Shown here: one piece after another, positions 37,632 through 54,859 of the stretch
Numbering within the stretch: position 1 is the stretch's first letter
How the letters are laid out: every line of letters starts with the position of its first letter
Assembly: GCF_009914755.1 (NCBI RefSeq)
Contig: NC_060927.1
Source: the human T2T-CHM13v2.0 reference genome, Homo sapiens
Length of the DNA: 64,000 bases
Direction: 5' to 3' (one strand)
Notes under the pieces: generated by a model
Database searches by the model: none
Told to the model about the DNA's origin: nothing
What the model saw: the letters and a program-made list of their open reading frames with translations, nothing else
Made by a program: the position numbers and the translations under genes

Positions 37632-39241
37632 CATATCCAAATATTTTATGTTTGGTCAAAAATAGAAAATTCTATTATAAAAAATAAAGTTACTATGGCA
37701 ACATTTTCCCAACATAGTTCCCAGTATATAAACTTATTTTTCTTAAAATGATAACAAGGTAGCTCAATAACAATACAATACCAGTGATAACCAAATATAA
37801 TTGAATTTTTCTAAAACTACATTCTTACATTCCCTATCCACTCAACTCTTGTAATGGTTTTCCACTTTTAAAAACTATCAAAATAGGATTTTTAAAAATT
37901 TATCAAGACCACATAATGCAGTTGAACACTCAAAGTGTTCCATGCAACTGTGGTTGAACTATTCAGATTCCAGACTTCTACCAAGAACAATCCAAAGAGC
38001 AAACTCCCAAAATGACCTCCTGCGTGGTACAAAACAAGCCAGGCTGAAATTTCGGGAAACCTAAGGGATCTTATCCAGAACCATATTTTGGAAAACTGTG
38101 ATCAATCAATTTTTTGACAGTGAAAGAGAGTAACTTTCCAGAGTATGTGTTAATTATATCTCTATCAAGCTTTAAAAAGTTAACAGATACTTAACTCTTG
38201 TTCATAAAAAATGAGGCCCTCAAGCTAATTAAGATGACTGGGAAAGGTGCAGAGGAGTAATTAATTTTGGAGGCGCTCTGGGAACAGGTACACAGGGTAC
38301 AGTAGTCATCATCATTAAAACAACAGGCACTCAGCTCTACTGAAAAGGCTGATGACAGCAGCCCCTCCCAAGCGGATCTGTAAAGTGCCACTGAATCCAT
38401 GTTCATTCACCTACTCCAGGTTGTGGTCAATTGTAAGTAATCCTGAAATTCTCATTTCTGCTCATGCTGACAAACTTATCATCTAGAAGTACTGGTTATT
38501 CAATTAATTTTTAAAATATTCGGATATACCCTGCAAATAAATATAAAACATCTCTGTACCCAAACAGTCCCACCACTATAAAAGGTTACATATAAATTAA
38601 ATAAACTCAGATTTCTTAACCATTTTCTCAGCTTAAGTTTGCCCTCACCCTAAATGAAGTCCAATTTATATCCAAAATATAATTAAATATTCCAAAGGTA
38701 TATCGAACCTAAGATATTGAAAAAATGTAAACAAAATTTATCTAGCTTACATTTATGAACCATATTTTTAGGTTTTTAATTCATCCTGTACTGACCCTCT
38801 GAAAAAAAAAACTAATCAAGTTATGTTTAGACTGAAAGCTGATTTGGATTTTAAAGTGGTTCCTTGGAGACAACTCTCAATGACTAAAACCAGTGTTATT
38901 GAATCAAGTGGTTTACTGTATCATTCAACTTAAAAGACCAAAATATTTCCTTTCTCTCTTCCAATAAAGCTCTTTCTGGATGAGCCCCCAGATCCAGCTG
39001 TCCTAGGTAAACGTGCTGAACTGGCTGGAGATCCTGCAGTAATGCTTGGCACAGAACCAAGGCTGGGTATCAAGCAACCTCATGACTTCCACTGCAACTG
39101 TTTAACATCCCCAATTCCTGGTTTTTCAGTCCAGTTGGCTGAAAAGGATGGAAACTGGAGTGTAAAGTAGAGAAGCAGAAAGAGAAACATAGATTGATCC
39201 TCAAAAGAAAATCAAAGAATCCATTCATCACAGTGTCATCC

Positions 39242-39442
39242 TCATACTCCACAGTCAGACTGCTTCTCCTGAAGCTGCCTTGTTAGTATCTGATATGAAG
39301 ACAGAAAAGCCACTCCTATGTGGAAAAGGATTTGCCAGAGGTTCCTCAGCCCGTGCAGGTACATGTTGCCCAGGCAAATAAAGAGCAGCATAAGCACCAC
39401 CTTCATAGTCCTGGCTGGACTGTAGAACAGGTACAAATAACA
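39242..39442 (-). CDS. SEC22C: SEC22C last coding exon (CYLYLFYSPARTMK...QEKQSDCGV*)
   Basis: tttcag| acceptor, TGA at 39244-39242; exon sum 182+164+180+119+66+201 = 912 nt = 303 aa plus stop. Confidence 0.96.
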   Translation of the reverse strand, partial: CYLYLFYSPARTMKVVLMLLFICLGNMYLHGLRNLWQILFHIGVAFLSSYQILTRQLQEKQSDCGV

Positions 39443-40348
39443 CTGAAATGAGACCAGAAGAGGAATTCCAATCAGAGATAAAATGGCCACTAGATCATAT
39501 GCAAAATTCACCTCCCACAGCTTCCATGAAGAGTGTCATTTCTCTCACATTAGCTGATTAAACTGAATTCATTACAGTAAAGCGTGGACCCACTGGTTAG
39601 GCTGCTAATTATTGGACGAAAGTGAGGATTTGGAAGATTAAAGGAAAGTGAAATAGATGTCACAGGAAGAATCAGTGCATGGCACATCTGAAAGAAGTTA
39701 AAGAAATAGACAGAAATGACCAGGCTGTTGGCAGTAGAGAAAGAAGAGCTGCACATAAGCTGCAGACAGCCAGGCTGCAGACAGGGGACCCTAACGTGAC
39801 TGACTGGCCCCCCAGTGAAGTTTTTCTTCAGGGAGCCAGGACAGGCAAGCAAGCTGGTGAGAGAAAGCCATGCTTTTACTATTTTGGTTTCTCCTGAGCC
39901 ACGACTACATTGAGCACCACTCTTCCCTTGGGCACCCTCCTTATCATGTCTTCCAAAGCATCTCTGAGTCAGGGAAAGGTCTCACAGCAGGGAGAGTGAC
40001 TGGTATTTTGTGTATGACTATCACACATAAAAGGGGCCATTCTTGTTCTGCAAAAGGTGGAAACGGCATTTTGGTTCAATGCTTTGTTTTTTTTTTTTAA
40101 AAAAAGGACATCACTGAACATGGATCAATCTGACAAAGGTTCAATCTACAGAGGGAGGGAGTGAGCTATCCAACCAGGAACACAGTTGAAGGAATGAGGT
40201 GGAACTGTACAATCCCTGCAGTCCTAAAACATAGCTCTAGGAAACTGCCACTGGCTATGTCCAAGGTCTTGGAGACTTGTTTTCTAAAAAATGAATGCAT
40301 TTTCATGGGTTGAAAATTTCTTTTTGCATAATCAGGTAATGCTTTTTC

Positions 40349-40633
<285 letters not shown>

Positions 40634-41057
40634 TGGGTAATTCTTAAGAATAAACCATTCTAGGATGTATGTGGAAGAGAAGGAAAGCGTCCTAAGAACA
40701 GAAATTTTAATTTTAAAAAAAGGGAGAAAAAATATGTATTCAGAGACAGTGCTAAAATCCTAGTCCATACGGAGGACAAGGAAGGAGAATTAGAGCCACG
40801 CTTTCACTAGAATTAACTCTGCCTATGAGGGACTCAAAATCGCCTCTTTATGCCACCCCTTAGTACACAGCTTATATGAAAATAACTAATCAAAACCCTC
40901 TAGTTAATGTTCTAATGTTTGCTTCAGTTCCTAAAGAACAGGTCTGAGTCAGAAGGTATTACTATTTAAAACAACAACAACAACAACAACAAAAAAATCA
41001 GCAGTTCTTTGACCTAGTCTTATATATGTATATATTTTTTAAAAAATTTTTTGCAGA

Positions 41058-41362
41058 GGTCGGGCGTGGTGGCTCATGCCTGTAATCCCAGCACTTTGGG
41101 CGGCCGAGGCGGGTGGATCACAAGGTCAGGAGATCGAGACCATCCTGGCTAACATGGTGAAACCCCGTCTCTACTAAAAGTACAAAAAAAATTAGCCAGG
41201 TGTGGTGGTGGGCACCTACAGTCCCAGCTACTTAGGAGGCTGAGGCAGGAGAATGGCGTGAACCCGGGAGGCAGAGCTTGCAGTGAGCCAAGATTGTGCC
41301 ACTGCACTCCAGCCTGGGCAACAGTGCAAGACTCCGTCTCAAAAAAAAAAAAGAAAAAAAAA
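41058..41362 (+). mobile_element. AluY-like element, abutting an antisense FLAM/AluJ arm (41365-41482)
   Basis: gagatcgagaccatcctggctaac and gaatggcgtgaacccgggaggcagagcttg diagnostics. Confidence 0.93.
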
Positions 41363-41923
41363 GTTCAGAGATGGGGTCTTGCTATGTTGCCCTGGTTGGT
41401 CTCAAACTCCAGGCCTAAAGTGATCCTCCCACCTTGGCCTTGAAAAGTACTGGGATTACAGGTGTGAGCCACAATGCCTGCCTAGACCTATATTTTAAAA
41501 ACTACATGTACACAGATGCTACTTTTATAGAAGGACATTTCTGTGCTTGGACTGTCCTAATAATAAGCACAAGGCAATATCTTGCCACTCACTAGTCAGG
41601 CCTAATCCAATCCCTATGTAATCTCATCCCTCCCTTCTGGGAAGTCAAATCCAAACTGCTGGTTTCTGTTCTGCTGCTGTCAATAGCCCCTTGGCCTTGA
41701 ACAAGGGGCTTTCCCTTTATGAGCACAAAGTTCTTCCTCTGTAAAATGAGAGGACTGGCCAGGATGGGCCTAAGGTCCTCCACTAAGGGCTTGGTATTGT
41801 CCATGATGTGAACCATGACCTTGGTGGAACAAAAATCACATCTAGAAACTTGCTGATAGATGAACAGAAGAACAAAGTAAGGTCATGGATTTAATCCACT
41901 GACCAAAATATCGTTTCACCCAC

Positions 41924-41989
41924 CTGGAAAATGCAGGCTACGAAAGGAACAAGAAAAGCCAGAATGTTTCCAATTTCCTCATGGGCAAC
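41924..41989 (-). CDS. SEC22C: SEC22C coding exon 5 (VAHEEIGNILAFLVPFVACIFQ)
   Basis: ttttag| acceptor, CAG|gtgggt donor, 66 nt, phase 0-0; too short for the ORF track. Confidence 0.92.
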
Positions 41990-42709
41990 CTAAAACAAAT
42001 ACAAGGAACACAAGGAAAGGGATATTTAGATGAAAGGAAACACTGTGACATAAAGCACTTTACTCTGCCTTCTGTCTGGTATGGTTGACAGTACAAAATC
42101 CCTGGCTGGGTGAGACACAAGTTCCTGTTTATGCACCAGATCAGGGTTAGCATACAATCGTTTTCAACAGCTTGGTCACAGCATGTGCCTCCTGTCCCCA
42201 TGTGACTGTGCTAAGTCTGCAACCTGGAATGGGCCGCCAATCCCTCCACCTCTCAGAAACCTAAGCATCTGTTAAGACCTAGCTTTCTCTAATTCCTCCC
42301 ATCTCCAGGCACTGCCGCCTCTTTAGGATTGCCACCATACACTGTTTTGGGCCATGAGAGCCCCCAAGGCAGGGACTATGTCTTAACCATCTTGCTGGCC
42401 AGGTACTAATTCTAATGTATACAAACAAACAGACAGTTGGTAAGTATCTGGCTAAGAGCAATCATAAACAATAAGAGTAGAAACCACAACACACATTGAT
42501 CAAAGACAGGATGTGGTAACAGGCAGTTACCACTCATAACACAGGCCTGCTGCCATTCTCCAAACAGGTCAGTCTACATCAGTCTCCTGAGGTTCAACAA
42601 CAGTCATGCTTCAGACTTTACCCACTATATGCATGGGTGTGAGTATGGTGGCACTATCTTTAAAAGTAATATCTATTTGTTGATGCTAATAATGGTTTTA
42701 TACCTCCTC

Positions 42710-43017
<308 letters not shown>

Positions 43018-43571
43018 GATACCTTCTTGAAATACTTCTCAAAATACTTCAAAATTTTAAAACTGTTTTTAAAAAGCACTGAAATAGTAAGTTCCTTTGA
43101 AATGAGCAGACCAGTGAAGGAACTTCCTAGTGACATATAATTCTTCGACAAAGACACAAGGAAGGTGGCATCTGCATTATACAAATCAGATTATGGGACA
43201 ACCTTTTCTCAGGAGAAAAAGAACCTGAACCTTAAAATCAGAGAATGAACCTTTTGTCCTGGGTAAATAATCCAGTCCCTGGAGTGACTCCTGGGGTCCC
43301 AAGAGCCACAGGGTGGTCTAATGTCCTTGTAGCAAATTCTCCATTTCTTACCAATATCTTGGCAGGCCCCTCCTGCTTCTTAGGACAATAGACATAAAAG
43401 AGCAACCTTCATATTCATTCACTTACTACAAAGAATAAAATTTATAATAAAATTCATATTAGTTTTGAAAAATTATAAAACCTCAGTTTTATAGATAAAA
43501 TGTATCCCTATCACTTTCTTCTATCATATGTCCTTCAATTTAAACTGTTTTAAAAAAAAAAAAAAGGTTAC

Positions 43572-43690
43572 CTGTAAAGAATGTTCTGCAAGGTGAACTC
43601 CTCGAATGAGATTCAGGGCAGCACACATGATGTTGAGAATGAGGGAGAGGATACCCAGGGCTGTCACTGGTTCCATTCGGAAATTAGGAG
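43572..43690 (-). CDS. SEC22C: SEC22C coding exon 4 (APNFRMEPVTALGILSLILNIMCAALNLIRGVHLAEHSLQ), first TM segment
   Basis: gtgaag| acceptor, CAG|gtaacc donor, 119 nt. Confidence 0.94.
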
Positions 43691-43971
43691 CTTCACAATG
43701 GAAAAAAAACAAGTGTCTAGTGTAAGTAATTTCTACATGAAAGAAAAATAAACGAAGACATTAACTAGACCTACACTAATGATAGGTTCACTATGTTAAA
43801 CATAGAATTACAAACATATTAATTGTAAAAGCAGCAGAAGTTAGAGGGAAAAAAGCCAAGAAATGATGGACAGAATGGATGTGGGTATTTGAGTAAAGTT
43901 TCTTCCAGAAAAAGGCTCTTTTCCAGGCAAGCACAGGTTTTTCAAGTGCTTAATTTCCTTTCTATCTAAAG

Positions 43972-44190
43972 CAGTGGTTCTCAACCAGGGGCAATCTGCC
44001 CCCCAGTGGATATTTGGCCATGTCTGGAGTCATTTCTGGTTGTCACAACTAGAGACAGGCTGCTACTGGCATCTAGTGGATAGAGGCCAGGAATGCTTCT
44101 AAACATCCTACAATGAATGCACAGGACAGCCTCCAAAATAAAGAATTATCTGATGCAAAAATGTCAATAGGGATCAGGCTGAAAAATCCT
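43972..44190 (+). mobile_element. MER20 DNA transposon
   Basis: cagtggttctcaaccagggg ... ggttgtcacaact ... gctactggcatctagtgg.tagaggccagg. Confidence 0.88.
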
Positions 44191-44204
44191 AAAACAATTT
44201 TTGG

Positions 44205-44815
<611 letters not shown>

Positions 44816-46089
44816 CAGTTTCTTATACTACCAGAGAGGACCAAGGCTTTATTTGTAATTGGTTGTCAAATGTTTAAAGCATTTCTATTATATGCCTCAA
44901 CATTCAACTTGTCCTCTTTCTCTGACAATAACAATATGCGATGTCACGTGCACTTCTAGAGCAATTCACAGCAAATGCAATTTTTAAAATTCTAAAATAA
45001 TTGGAAAGAGGGAAACATTGATTATTCAGGTTACAAGCTGTTTCTAGAACTATAATTAGAACAAATGCTCATTTTCTCTGTAAAGATAACCACTGAAATT
45101 GATTTTGGTTCACACAATTAAATGGTGTCCCTCCCATTCTCTCGCTATACTCCTTTCTTACACTTATATTTCACACACACACAAATACCTCGCCACAATC
45201 CAACTTATGCCTATTGTTAGTGTGTTAGAGTTTCCACTGAGCAATTAAAAGTTACTGTTAGAACAGAATATGCTACCTGTAAAGATTCTAGCCTCAGGAC
45301 AATAGGGTAAATCAAATCACAGTAAAATGTCCTAGAAAGACGGGCAAGGTGACACTTTCTGGATTTGCTCCTCTTGTCTAAGTGTTTAAAAAACAAAACA
45401 TACATTACAAAGATATGCCTGCATTCATATATGGTAAGGGAAAATCTTGGAGCTCAATTACCCAGTCTTCCTTTTACAAAAATTAAGTTTATTCTCAACA
45501 TAAACTAGAAACACTTATTGACTGGAATGAGAGCCAATCCAAGTATTGGTTGAAACACATTAAACTAAAACACAAAGTTAAGTCAAAACCATGAATATAA
45601 TACATCACTTTTAAAATTCAAGAAATGAGTTTAGCATAAAACAGTTAAAAACAAAGTAATTAAGACTATTATAGTGTAGACACTTCTTTTAGCAAAGGAT
45701 TCAGCTCTTATGCCATTATAGAATTCTTCGAATATAAATATCCAATTGAATTAAATATTAGTTTAATTGTATGTAACTATAAACAGGAATGCAAAAAATC
45801 ATACTTTGTTATGTGATAAGCATTGAGTGGCTAATAACATTAATGACAAAGGCATGGAATATCAGCACACTGTGATCACGTTCATTAAGACCTCTTCCTT
45901 CACATGAGGTCTCTGAAATCCACAGGGATAGAGGGAGATCCCAGGTCTCAGAGACAGCCAGACAGTGAGAACGTTAGAAGCCCTGGCTCCAGCCCCCTGT
46001 CCAACGCTCTCATCCCCACTGTCCTCCCTCCAACAAGAAGAGTGGGGGTTTCAGATCTACAACATTTCAGTAAATAAGATGATAAGGAT

Positions 46090-46131
<42 letters not shown>

Positions 46132-46205
46132 AATAATAATTGTTTTATATATATTATATATATTTTATATATAATATATATATTATATATATAATATATA
46201 TAATA
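46090..46205. repeat. Compound (CT)n(AT)n microsatellite
   Basis: Direct reading. Confidence 0.92.
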
Positions 46206-46382
46206 CCAATCTATACAGTTCAATAAGTAACTTATAGAAAAAGAGAATGAATCTTCTTTATAACATTTAAACTTGTAGTTCTGTCAGAACAACTTGGACT
46301 TAAATAAATAAATAAATAAAAACATAAAATTTAAAAATAATAAACTTGTAGACTTCACCCTAATTAAGAAAATAACCTGCCA

Positions 46383-46550
46383 GCTAAGCGTGGTAGCTCA
46401 CACCTGTAATCCCAGCACTCTGAAAGGCCGAGGCAGGAGGATGATGGCTTGAGCCCAGGAGTTCGAGACCAGCCTGGGCTGTAACATGGTGAAACCTTGT
46501 CTCTATTTGAAAAAAAAAAAAAGAAGAAGAAGAAGGAAAAGAAAAACAAA
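46383..46550 (+). mobile_element. FLAM/Alu monomer with A/GAA tail
   Basis: Left-arm sequence only. Confidence 0.8.
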
Positions 46551-46633
46551 AGTAACCTGCCAAGTCACTCTTCGGCTCCTGAATTTCATCACAATAGTTT
46601 CCCCTCAAACCAATCCACTGTCATAATAGTCAA

Positions 46634-46932
46634 TTTTTTTCTTTTTTGAGACAGGGTCTCATTCTGTCACCCAGGCTAGAGTGCAGTGGCTCACAATCAT
46701 GGCTCGCTGCAGCCTCGACTTCCCGGGCTCAGGTGATTCCCCTACTTCAGTCTCTGCAGTAGCTGAGACTACAGGCACGAGCCACCACCTCTGGCTAATT
46801 TTTTGTATTTTTGATAGAGATGGGGTTTTGCCATGTTGCCCAGGCTGGTTTCAAACTCCTGGACTCAAGTGATCCGCCTGACTTGGCCTCCCAAAGTGCT
46901 GAGATTACAGGCATGAGCCTCCACGCCTGGCC
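46634..46932 (-). mobile_element. AluJ
   Basis: Reverse-complement Alu. Confidence 0.9.
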
Positions 46933-47109
46933 TGTAGTCAAAGTTTTTATAACAGCCACCAAGAAACAGGATGGGCCCATATTTTTCTCAGCATATTTTA
47001 TACTACTCCCTCTCCCCAAAAAATAGCTTTCTAGTGAAAAAAAAAATCAACGTCCATTTGAAATACACAATATCACTTCATCAACATCAGGGAACAACAA
47101 GCCACTTAC

Positions 47110-47289
47110 CAGGCTCCAAGTGCATCGGTGTGTGACCATTCATCACCCCATTTGCCACATCTGTGTCCTCCAGAGTGAGAACCGCTGGAGGCTGCAACTT
47201 GAGCTCCTCCTGAATTTTTTCCAAGCTGCACTCCATCTGAGAGGAACTTACATAGTTAAAATGCCACTTCACTTTCTGAATGATGCTGT
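47110..47289 (-). CDS. SEC22C: SEC22C coding exon 3 (DSIIQKVKWHFNY...HTPMHLEP)
   Basis: ttgcag| acceptor, G|gtaagt donor, 180 nt. Confidence 0.96.
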
Positions 47290-47373
47290 CTGCAAAAAGA
47301 GAGCAACACAAGTTAAGCATTTTCATCAGAATGGATATTATAAGACAATACGTACAAAATGAAGTTCACATTT

Positions 47374-47721
<348 letters not shown>

Positions 47722-49043
47722 TGAAAAGCGTCAAGTTAAACACAAAGGCCAAATGATTGCTAATATGAACACTGTCTGATCAATCACTTCAGAGCAGGAT
47801 AATTAAAATGTGATTGACTAAAAAGGCAATAATGCATCACAGAACCTCAGTGATGAGAGAGTCGGGGGAAAGGGGCATGCGTCTTAGCCCCTTACCACTT
47901 CTGATAGTACGGTACAACCCTAGGCAATTTACAGAATATTTCTAAGCTTGAAAAATGGAGACAGTTATTCCTGACCTGATTAACTCAAAAAAAAAGGGCT
48001 TGTTTGAAAAAAAAATACAAATGAATACGTTGTGGAAACTAGGATTATATATTTGAAAAGTATTCATTTTAATTCTTAAATTTATGTTAGTATAAATCCA
48101 TTATCACATCTGAACAGTTCTTGAAGTTTCATACAAACTGGCAAAGCAAAATCTGTATAATTCTACTCTCAGTGTACTTTGACTCATTCTACTCCCACTC
48201 AACAATGAGCAAACATGATGCTGGAAAAGGGGCTCCCATCAGATCAAGCACATGGCTTTAGAAGGAAGGCACATGCAGAGATAAGGGGAGAGAAGAACAC
48301 AGGTCTACCGAGCTCCAAATCAACTCACAGCCCAGGGATGCTGCAGCTGTGGTCTGTTTTAGACTAGCAGCCCTCTTCAGAGAAAGAAGTGTGGCCCAGA
48401 GCACAAGCTTGACTAAGACCTCACAGGGAGACTCAGGGGCAGAACTTTACCAGGCTGGAGCCTGCCTACCAGGGTGACACCAAAAGAGGGTGCTAGCCCC
48501 ATTCCTGATGGGCTAGCCAGTAGAACACATGAAGGAATGTGAGGGCTATGGCAGGAGTAGCCAGAAAGCCTAAGTGGCAACACTTCCAGGTGCTGGTTCT
48601 GCCCCCTGACCATTTATAACAAATGCTGCCAAACCTTTGTTTAAGAACATCACAGAGTCAGCAGCTGTTTACACGGAGAGCACAGACTGTCCCCCAACTG
48701 CCATCTCCATTCCTCTTCTCCCAAGAGCTCAAAATGACCCACACCTGACCAAAATAGGGCACACACTGATTATTATGCTGTGTTCCAAAGTCTCTAAGCC
48801 TCAACAAGGCCTTTCTGGCAGAGCCTAGAAAAGAAGTATCATTTTTCCAGAGCAAACTTCTGGGTCAAGGAACTGTTTTTTTCTTACTTCCAAACCACCG
48901 CAGACTGATATTTTGCTTTAAAAAAAGCAATAAAAAATAATCACAGGAATGTCAAATTACTGTAAGAATTTCTAAACACCAGTTCTCACTTTCTGTGCTT
49001 ACCTCCTGATGGTAAACACCCTTTGAGCAGTAATGCTCTGGGG

Positions 49044-49242
49044 CAGGGGTCAACAAAAGTTTCTTACAATGCCAGTTAGTAAATATTTTAGGTTGGTGGC
49101 TACATGGTCTCTGTCACAACTCAACTCTGCTGTCGTGGGGCAAAAGCAGCCACAGACAACATGTAAAAGAATAAGCATAGCCACGTTCTGCTTTATTTAT
49201 AAAACAGGCGGCTGGCCTATGGGCCATCATTTGCTGACCCCA
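49044..49242 (+). mobile_element. MER58A-like element
   Basis: caggggtcaacaaa ... tagtaaatattttagg ... aaagcagccacagacaa ... tttgctgacccc. Confidence 0.8.
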
Positions 49243-49515
49243 GCTTCAGAGAGCTGTGGGTTATAACCTACACGTTTCACCCTTCCTCCACCCTGCCCCC
49301 AGGCTCTGTGGAGATGAAAAGCCAGAGTGTTAAACCTTGACGCTTTCCGGGACACTTCAATTGATATGAAATCTCATGGTACAAGTCTGTTCTTCAATGA
49401 CATGTTTTTGCATCTCCAGTGGTTTTCCTTGATGGTCAAAGCCAAACCTAAACTGTAAATTCTACACATATAACACCATGGAAGAGAAAAATAAATATGA
49501 AAGAGGGTTACAAAC

Positions 49516-49679
49516 CAAACTCAAGAAAAGCGTATGGCCTGGAGGCTAGGCCAATGCAGGTAGTGTCATAGGAAGCTGTGAATTCCCACCACAGGGTCTC
49601 CAGGAAGCAGAAGGCCATGGCTGCTGGACACTGGCAGGAGCAGATAGCCATGCAGGCCACGTCCCCGAAAGAAGAAAAA
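49516..49679 (-). CDS. SEC22C: SEC22C coding exon 2 (HFSSFGDVACMAICSCQCPAAMAFCFLETLWWEF...RPYAFLEF)
   Basis: tttcag| acceptor, G|gtttgt donor, 164 nt; RPYAFLEF Sec22 motif. Confidence 0.96.
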
Positions 49680-50613
49680 CTGAAACAAAAGGGCAATATC
49701 TGTATTACCAGGAAACAGCCCCATGTATTCCCATCCCACACCCAGACACAACCTTACCTGAATTCTGCACTTGCTTGGCTTTAAACAGTCCTGTAGCTGT
49801 TTGCTGCAGGTATATTGTCTCTTCAGTTCGACCTATTCCTGAGACTGTCTTTCTTCCGCTTCCTTTAAAATGTCTAGTAGTCTTAATCAATGACAGCCTG
49901 TGATCACTCTTATTTATTCATGCATGAGGGATGCATATTCTATTGGGGGAATTAGCCTCAGACTTCTCCACATCTATTGAGAAAACGTTTTTCTTCTTTA
50001 ATCTACATCAACAGATTTCCTAATGTTAAATGATCCTGGCATCCTAAAATAAGCCCTTGTTGGATCTAAGTTCCTACATATTCATAAACATACAACTGCT
50101 GGATTTAGTTTGCTAACATTTTAATTGGGACTTTTGTGTCTATGCAAATAAGACTGGCCTATAATTTTCCTTTCTTATACTGTCTTCATCTGATTGTGGT
50201 ATTTAGGTTATTTTGGTCTCATAAAATAAATACAGGGCTTTTCTTCTTTTTCTACTCCCTTTTGGGCTGTCATGCAATCATTTCAAGTTCAGGGTACAGG
50301 GGTTCTAGGTCACCTATCTGTGTGTCTACTGACTCCCACTCACTGTGGAATGTCTCCTCTTGTGTTTTGTCCTTTTTGCTGAGAACTCATCCCTATGGGA
50401 CTTTTTTTTGTAAGAATCCCCTGAAGCCCAAGTTGTGGCACACTTCTTCCAGTGTGGTTCTGCATTTGCTCTGGCTGGCTACCATAGCAGTGTCATCACT
50501 CTGGGACCAATACTGATGTTTCAACCTTGGCTTAGGAATTCCTAGACTTTGGGGAGTATACACTCCAACTTCAACCTTTTACGAGGCGCAAGAACAACAT
50601 TTCAATTTCTTAG

Positions 50614-51065
<452 letters not shown>

Positions 51066-51447
51066 TGACACTCCATCCTATGTAAGCCCAAACCAAGCTC
51101 CAATTTTATGGTGACTGAATGCCAGGAGCCTCACTGTCCGCTCACACACTTACTACCTTAATATTCTGCCCCCCTTTCATTTCTAGCATCTTAGGATTTC
51201 TTTCTTTCAAGATTAACTACACATTTAAAGTAATTGTCGATATATATTTACCCTCATTTCTGGATGTTTTCAGCAGGACGGTTTTTAGGTTATGTTGTTC
51301 TACCAACTTTTTGAAACTGTAACTCCCTATATAAAAACTTTTCCAATCTAAAAAAAAGGACAACTCTCCTCCTTATGGAAGAAATCCTTCAGAAGGGTCT
51401 AGGCCACTCTAGGATGGAGGTGTTTCTATTTGAAAGAGGACCCCTGG

Positions 51448-51841
51448 TGTGGGTTGAGTTTGTCCCCCCAAAAAGATTTACTGATGTCCTAACTCAAAGA
51501 AACAGAGTCTTTGAAGATGTAACCAAGATAAAATGAAGTCATACTGGATTAGGGTGGGCCCTCATCTAATGATCAGTATCCTTATATGAAAGGAAATTTG
51601 GACACAGAGACAGAAGGAAGAAGACCATGCAACCATGGAGACAGAGCCTGCAGTAACGCATCTACAAGCCAAGGAAAACCAAGGATTGCCAATGACTGCC
51701 AGAAAGTAGCAGAGGTTTAGGAAGGATTCTTCCTTAAAGTTTGTAGAGGGAACATGGCCCTGCGATACCTGTGAGAGAACGAATTCTGTTGTTTGAAGCC
51801 AGTTTGTGGTCATTTGTTATGGCAGCCTTAGGGAACTAACA
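51448..51841 (+). mobile_element. MLT1 (MaLR) solo LTR
   Basis: tgt..gggttgag..gtccccccaaaa; catactggattagggtgggccct; caagccaagga; tttgttatggcagcc..gaactaaca. Confidence 0.85.
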
Positions 51842-52387
51842 CACTCCTTACTATTAAAAGCTATGGTACTGCTCACCTGTAAGAAAAGAAAGTCTATTTC
51901 CTCTGCGAAAATAATGGTAAATATTTAATTCAAAATTACAAATGAGTAGAACATTTTTTATTCCTTTTTCCAAAATACTACTGAAGTATCCAGGATTTAA
52001 ATCTGAAGTCTTAGACTTCTTTTTTCTGTGAAAAATAGCCTTTAACAGAGAAAAGCTTTCCTATTTGAAGTACAAATCAGTTAATCACAGCATAGTAAAG
52101 GAGAGACCATCAAGGACAGCATGTTCAGCATGTCCAGAGAAAGGGGCTGCACATGTGGGCAGGTGCAACTCAGTGTTTGCTCCTAAACATCCAGAGCCCA
52201 CATCACCAGGTGACAGCTGCATGTGCCTATTATTTGTCACCCCCTTCAGGACATGGCCCTTCTAGCCTGACATTACCACCTAGCCTGGGGTCAGGCCTGG
52301 ACTTTTCCTTTTGTTTTTATAATTCTGAGACTGAATTCCCCTAAAAGGACCTCAGCTTAGCAGGTCAACTAAAAATTTACTATTCAA

Positions 52388-53235
<848 letters not shown>

Positions 53236-53399
53236 ATAAGGAGAGCAAAAGAGACTTGCTAAGTAAAGGTCTAAAACGAGAAAATAGACGTAAAATCTAA
53301 CAAGTCATTTTGATATTCTAAAATCTGCCTTGCCCCTGATGCCTCCATAGAATGACTGGCTTCTTGCTCTGAGTCCTAGAACAGGAAATTGTATAACCC

Positions 53400-53600
53400 A
53401 TAAGAAGCAGACTTTGGTGCCTAACTGCCTGCATTCAAATCCTGGGCTGACCCATTACTAACAGTGTAAACTTAGTTAAGTTTTTTTTACCTCAGTTTCC
53501 TCCTCTGCAAAACAGGTGTAACACTATTACCTACATCATTAGCCACATAAAACACAGAATAGTGCCTGGCATATAGAAAACACTCAATAATATCAGTTAT
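53400..53600 (+). mobile_element. MIR
   Basis: gcagactttgg..ttcaaatcctg..cctcagtttcctc.tctgcaaaa..agtgcctggcata. Confidence 0.78.
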
Positions 53601-53746
53601 TGTAACCAGGATTATTGTAATCACTTGATTCCTACTTCCAATGGAACATTTTCCCCACTGTATTATAGTTAGTTATATATTTCTCTTGTTACCTTGTTAG
53701 ACTTTAAGTTCCTTGAGAAAAGAGACCTACTCTCACTTATTTTTCA

Positions 53747-54085
<339 letters not shown>

Positions 54086-54358
54086 ATTAAAAAGTGAAAA
54101 ATTAAAACATAAAAAAGTGAAAAAATTAAAAAGCAAAGGTATAAATAAAGTAAAAATGAAATTTTTTTCTTATTTCTTGGCTTTCTAACTCTCATTATTT
54201 TCCCTCCCCACATTATAATCTAGTATCTCCTCCCTCCTTACCTTTTCTCTTCCCCTGCATCTGAGTGAAGAAAAAACTACAAAACTAAAGACATGAACCC
54301 AGGTCTCCCAATGCTCATGGGCACTCCACTAACAGAAGTTAAGAGGTGGAGCAGCCAC

Positions 54359-54706
<348 letters not shown>

Positions 54707-54859
54707 TTATGATTCTGTTGTAGACACACATGATCTCAGACCACTGATGCTAGATCTACTTTTAATACACAATGTGATCAGCATAAGATTATCACTACAT
54801 GTAGTTAAAAGTAATCCAAATTTTGCTAATATTCTGAAAAAGTGAATATGATCACTTAC

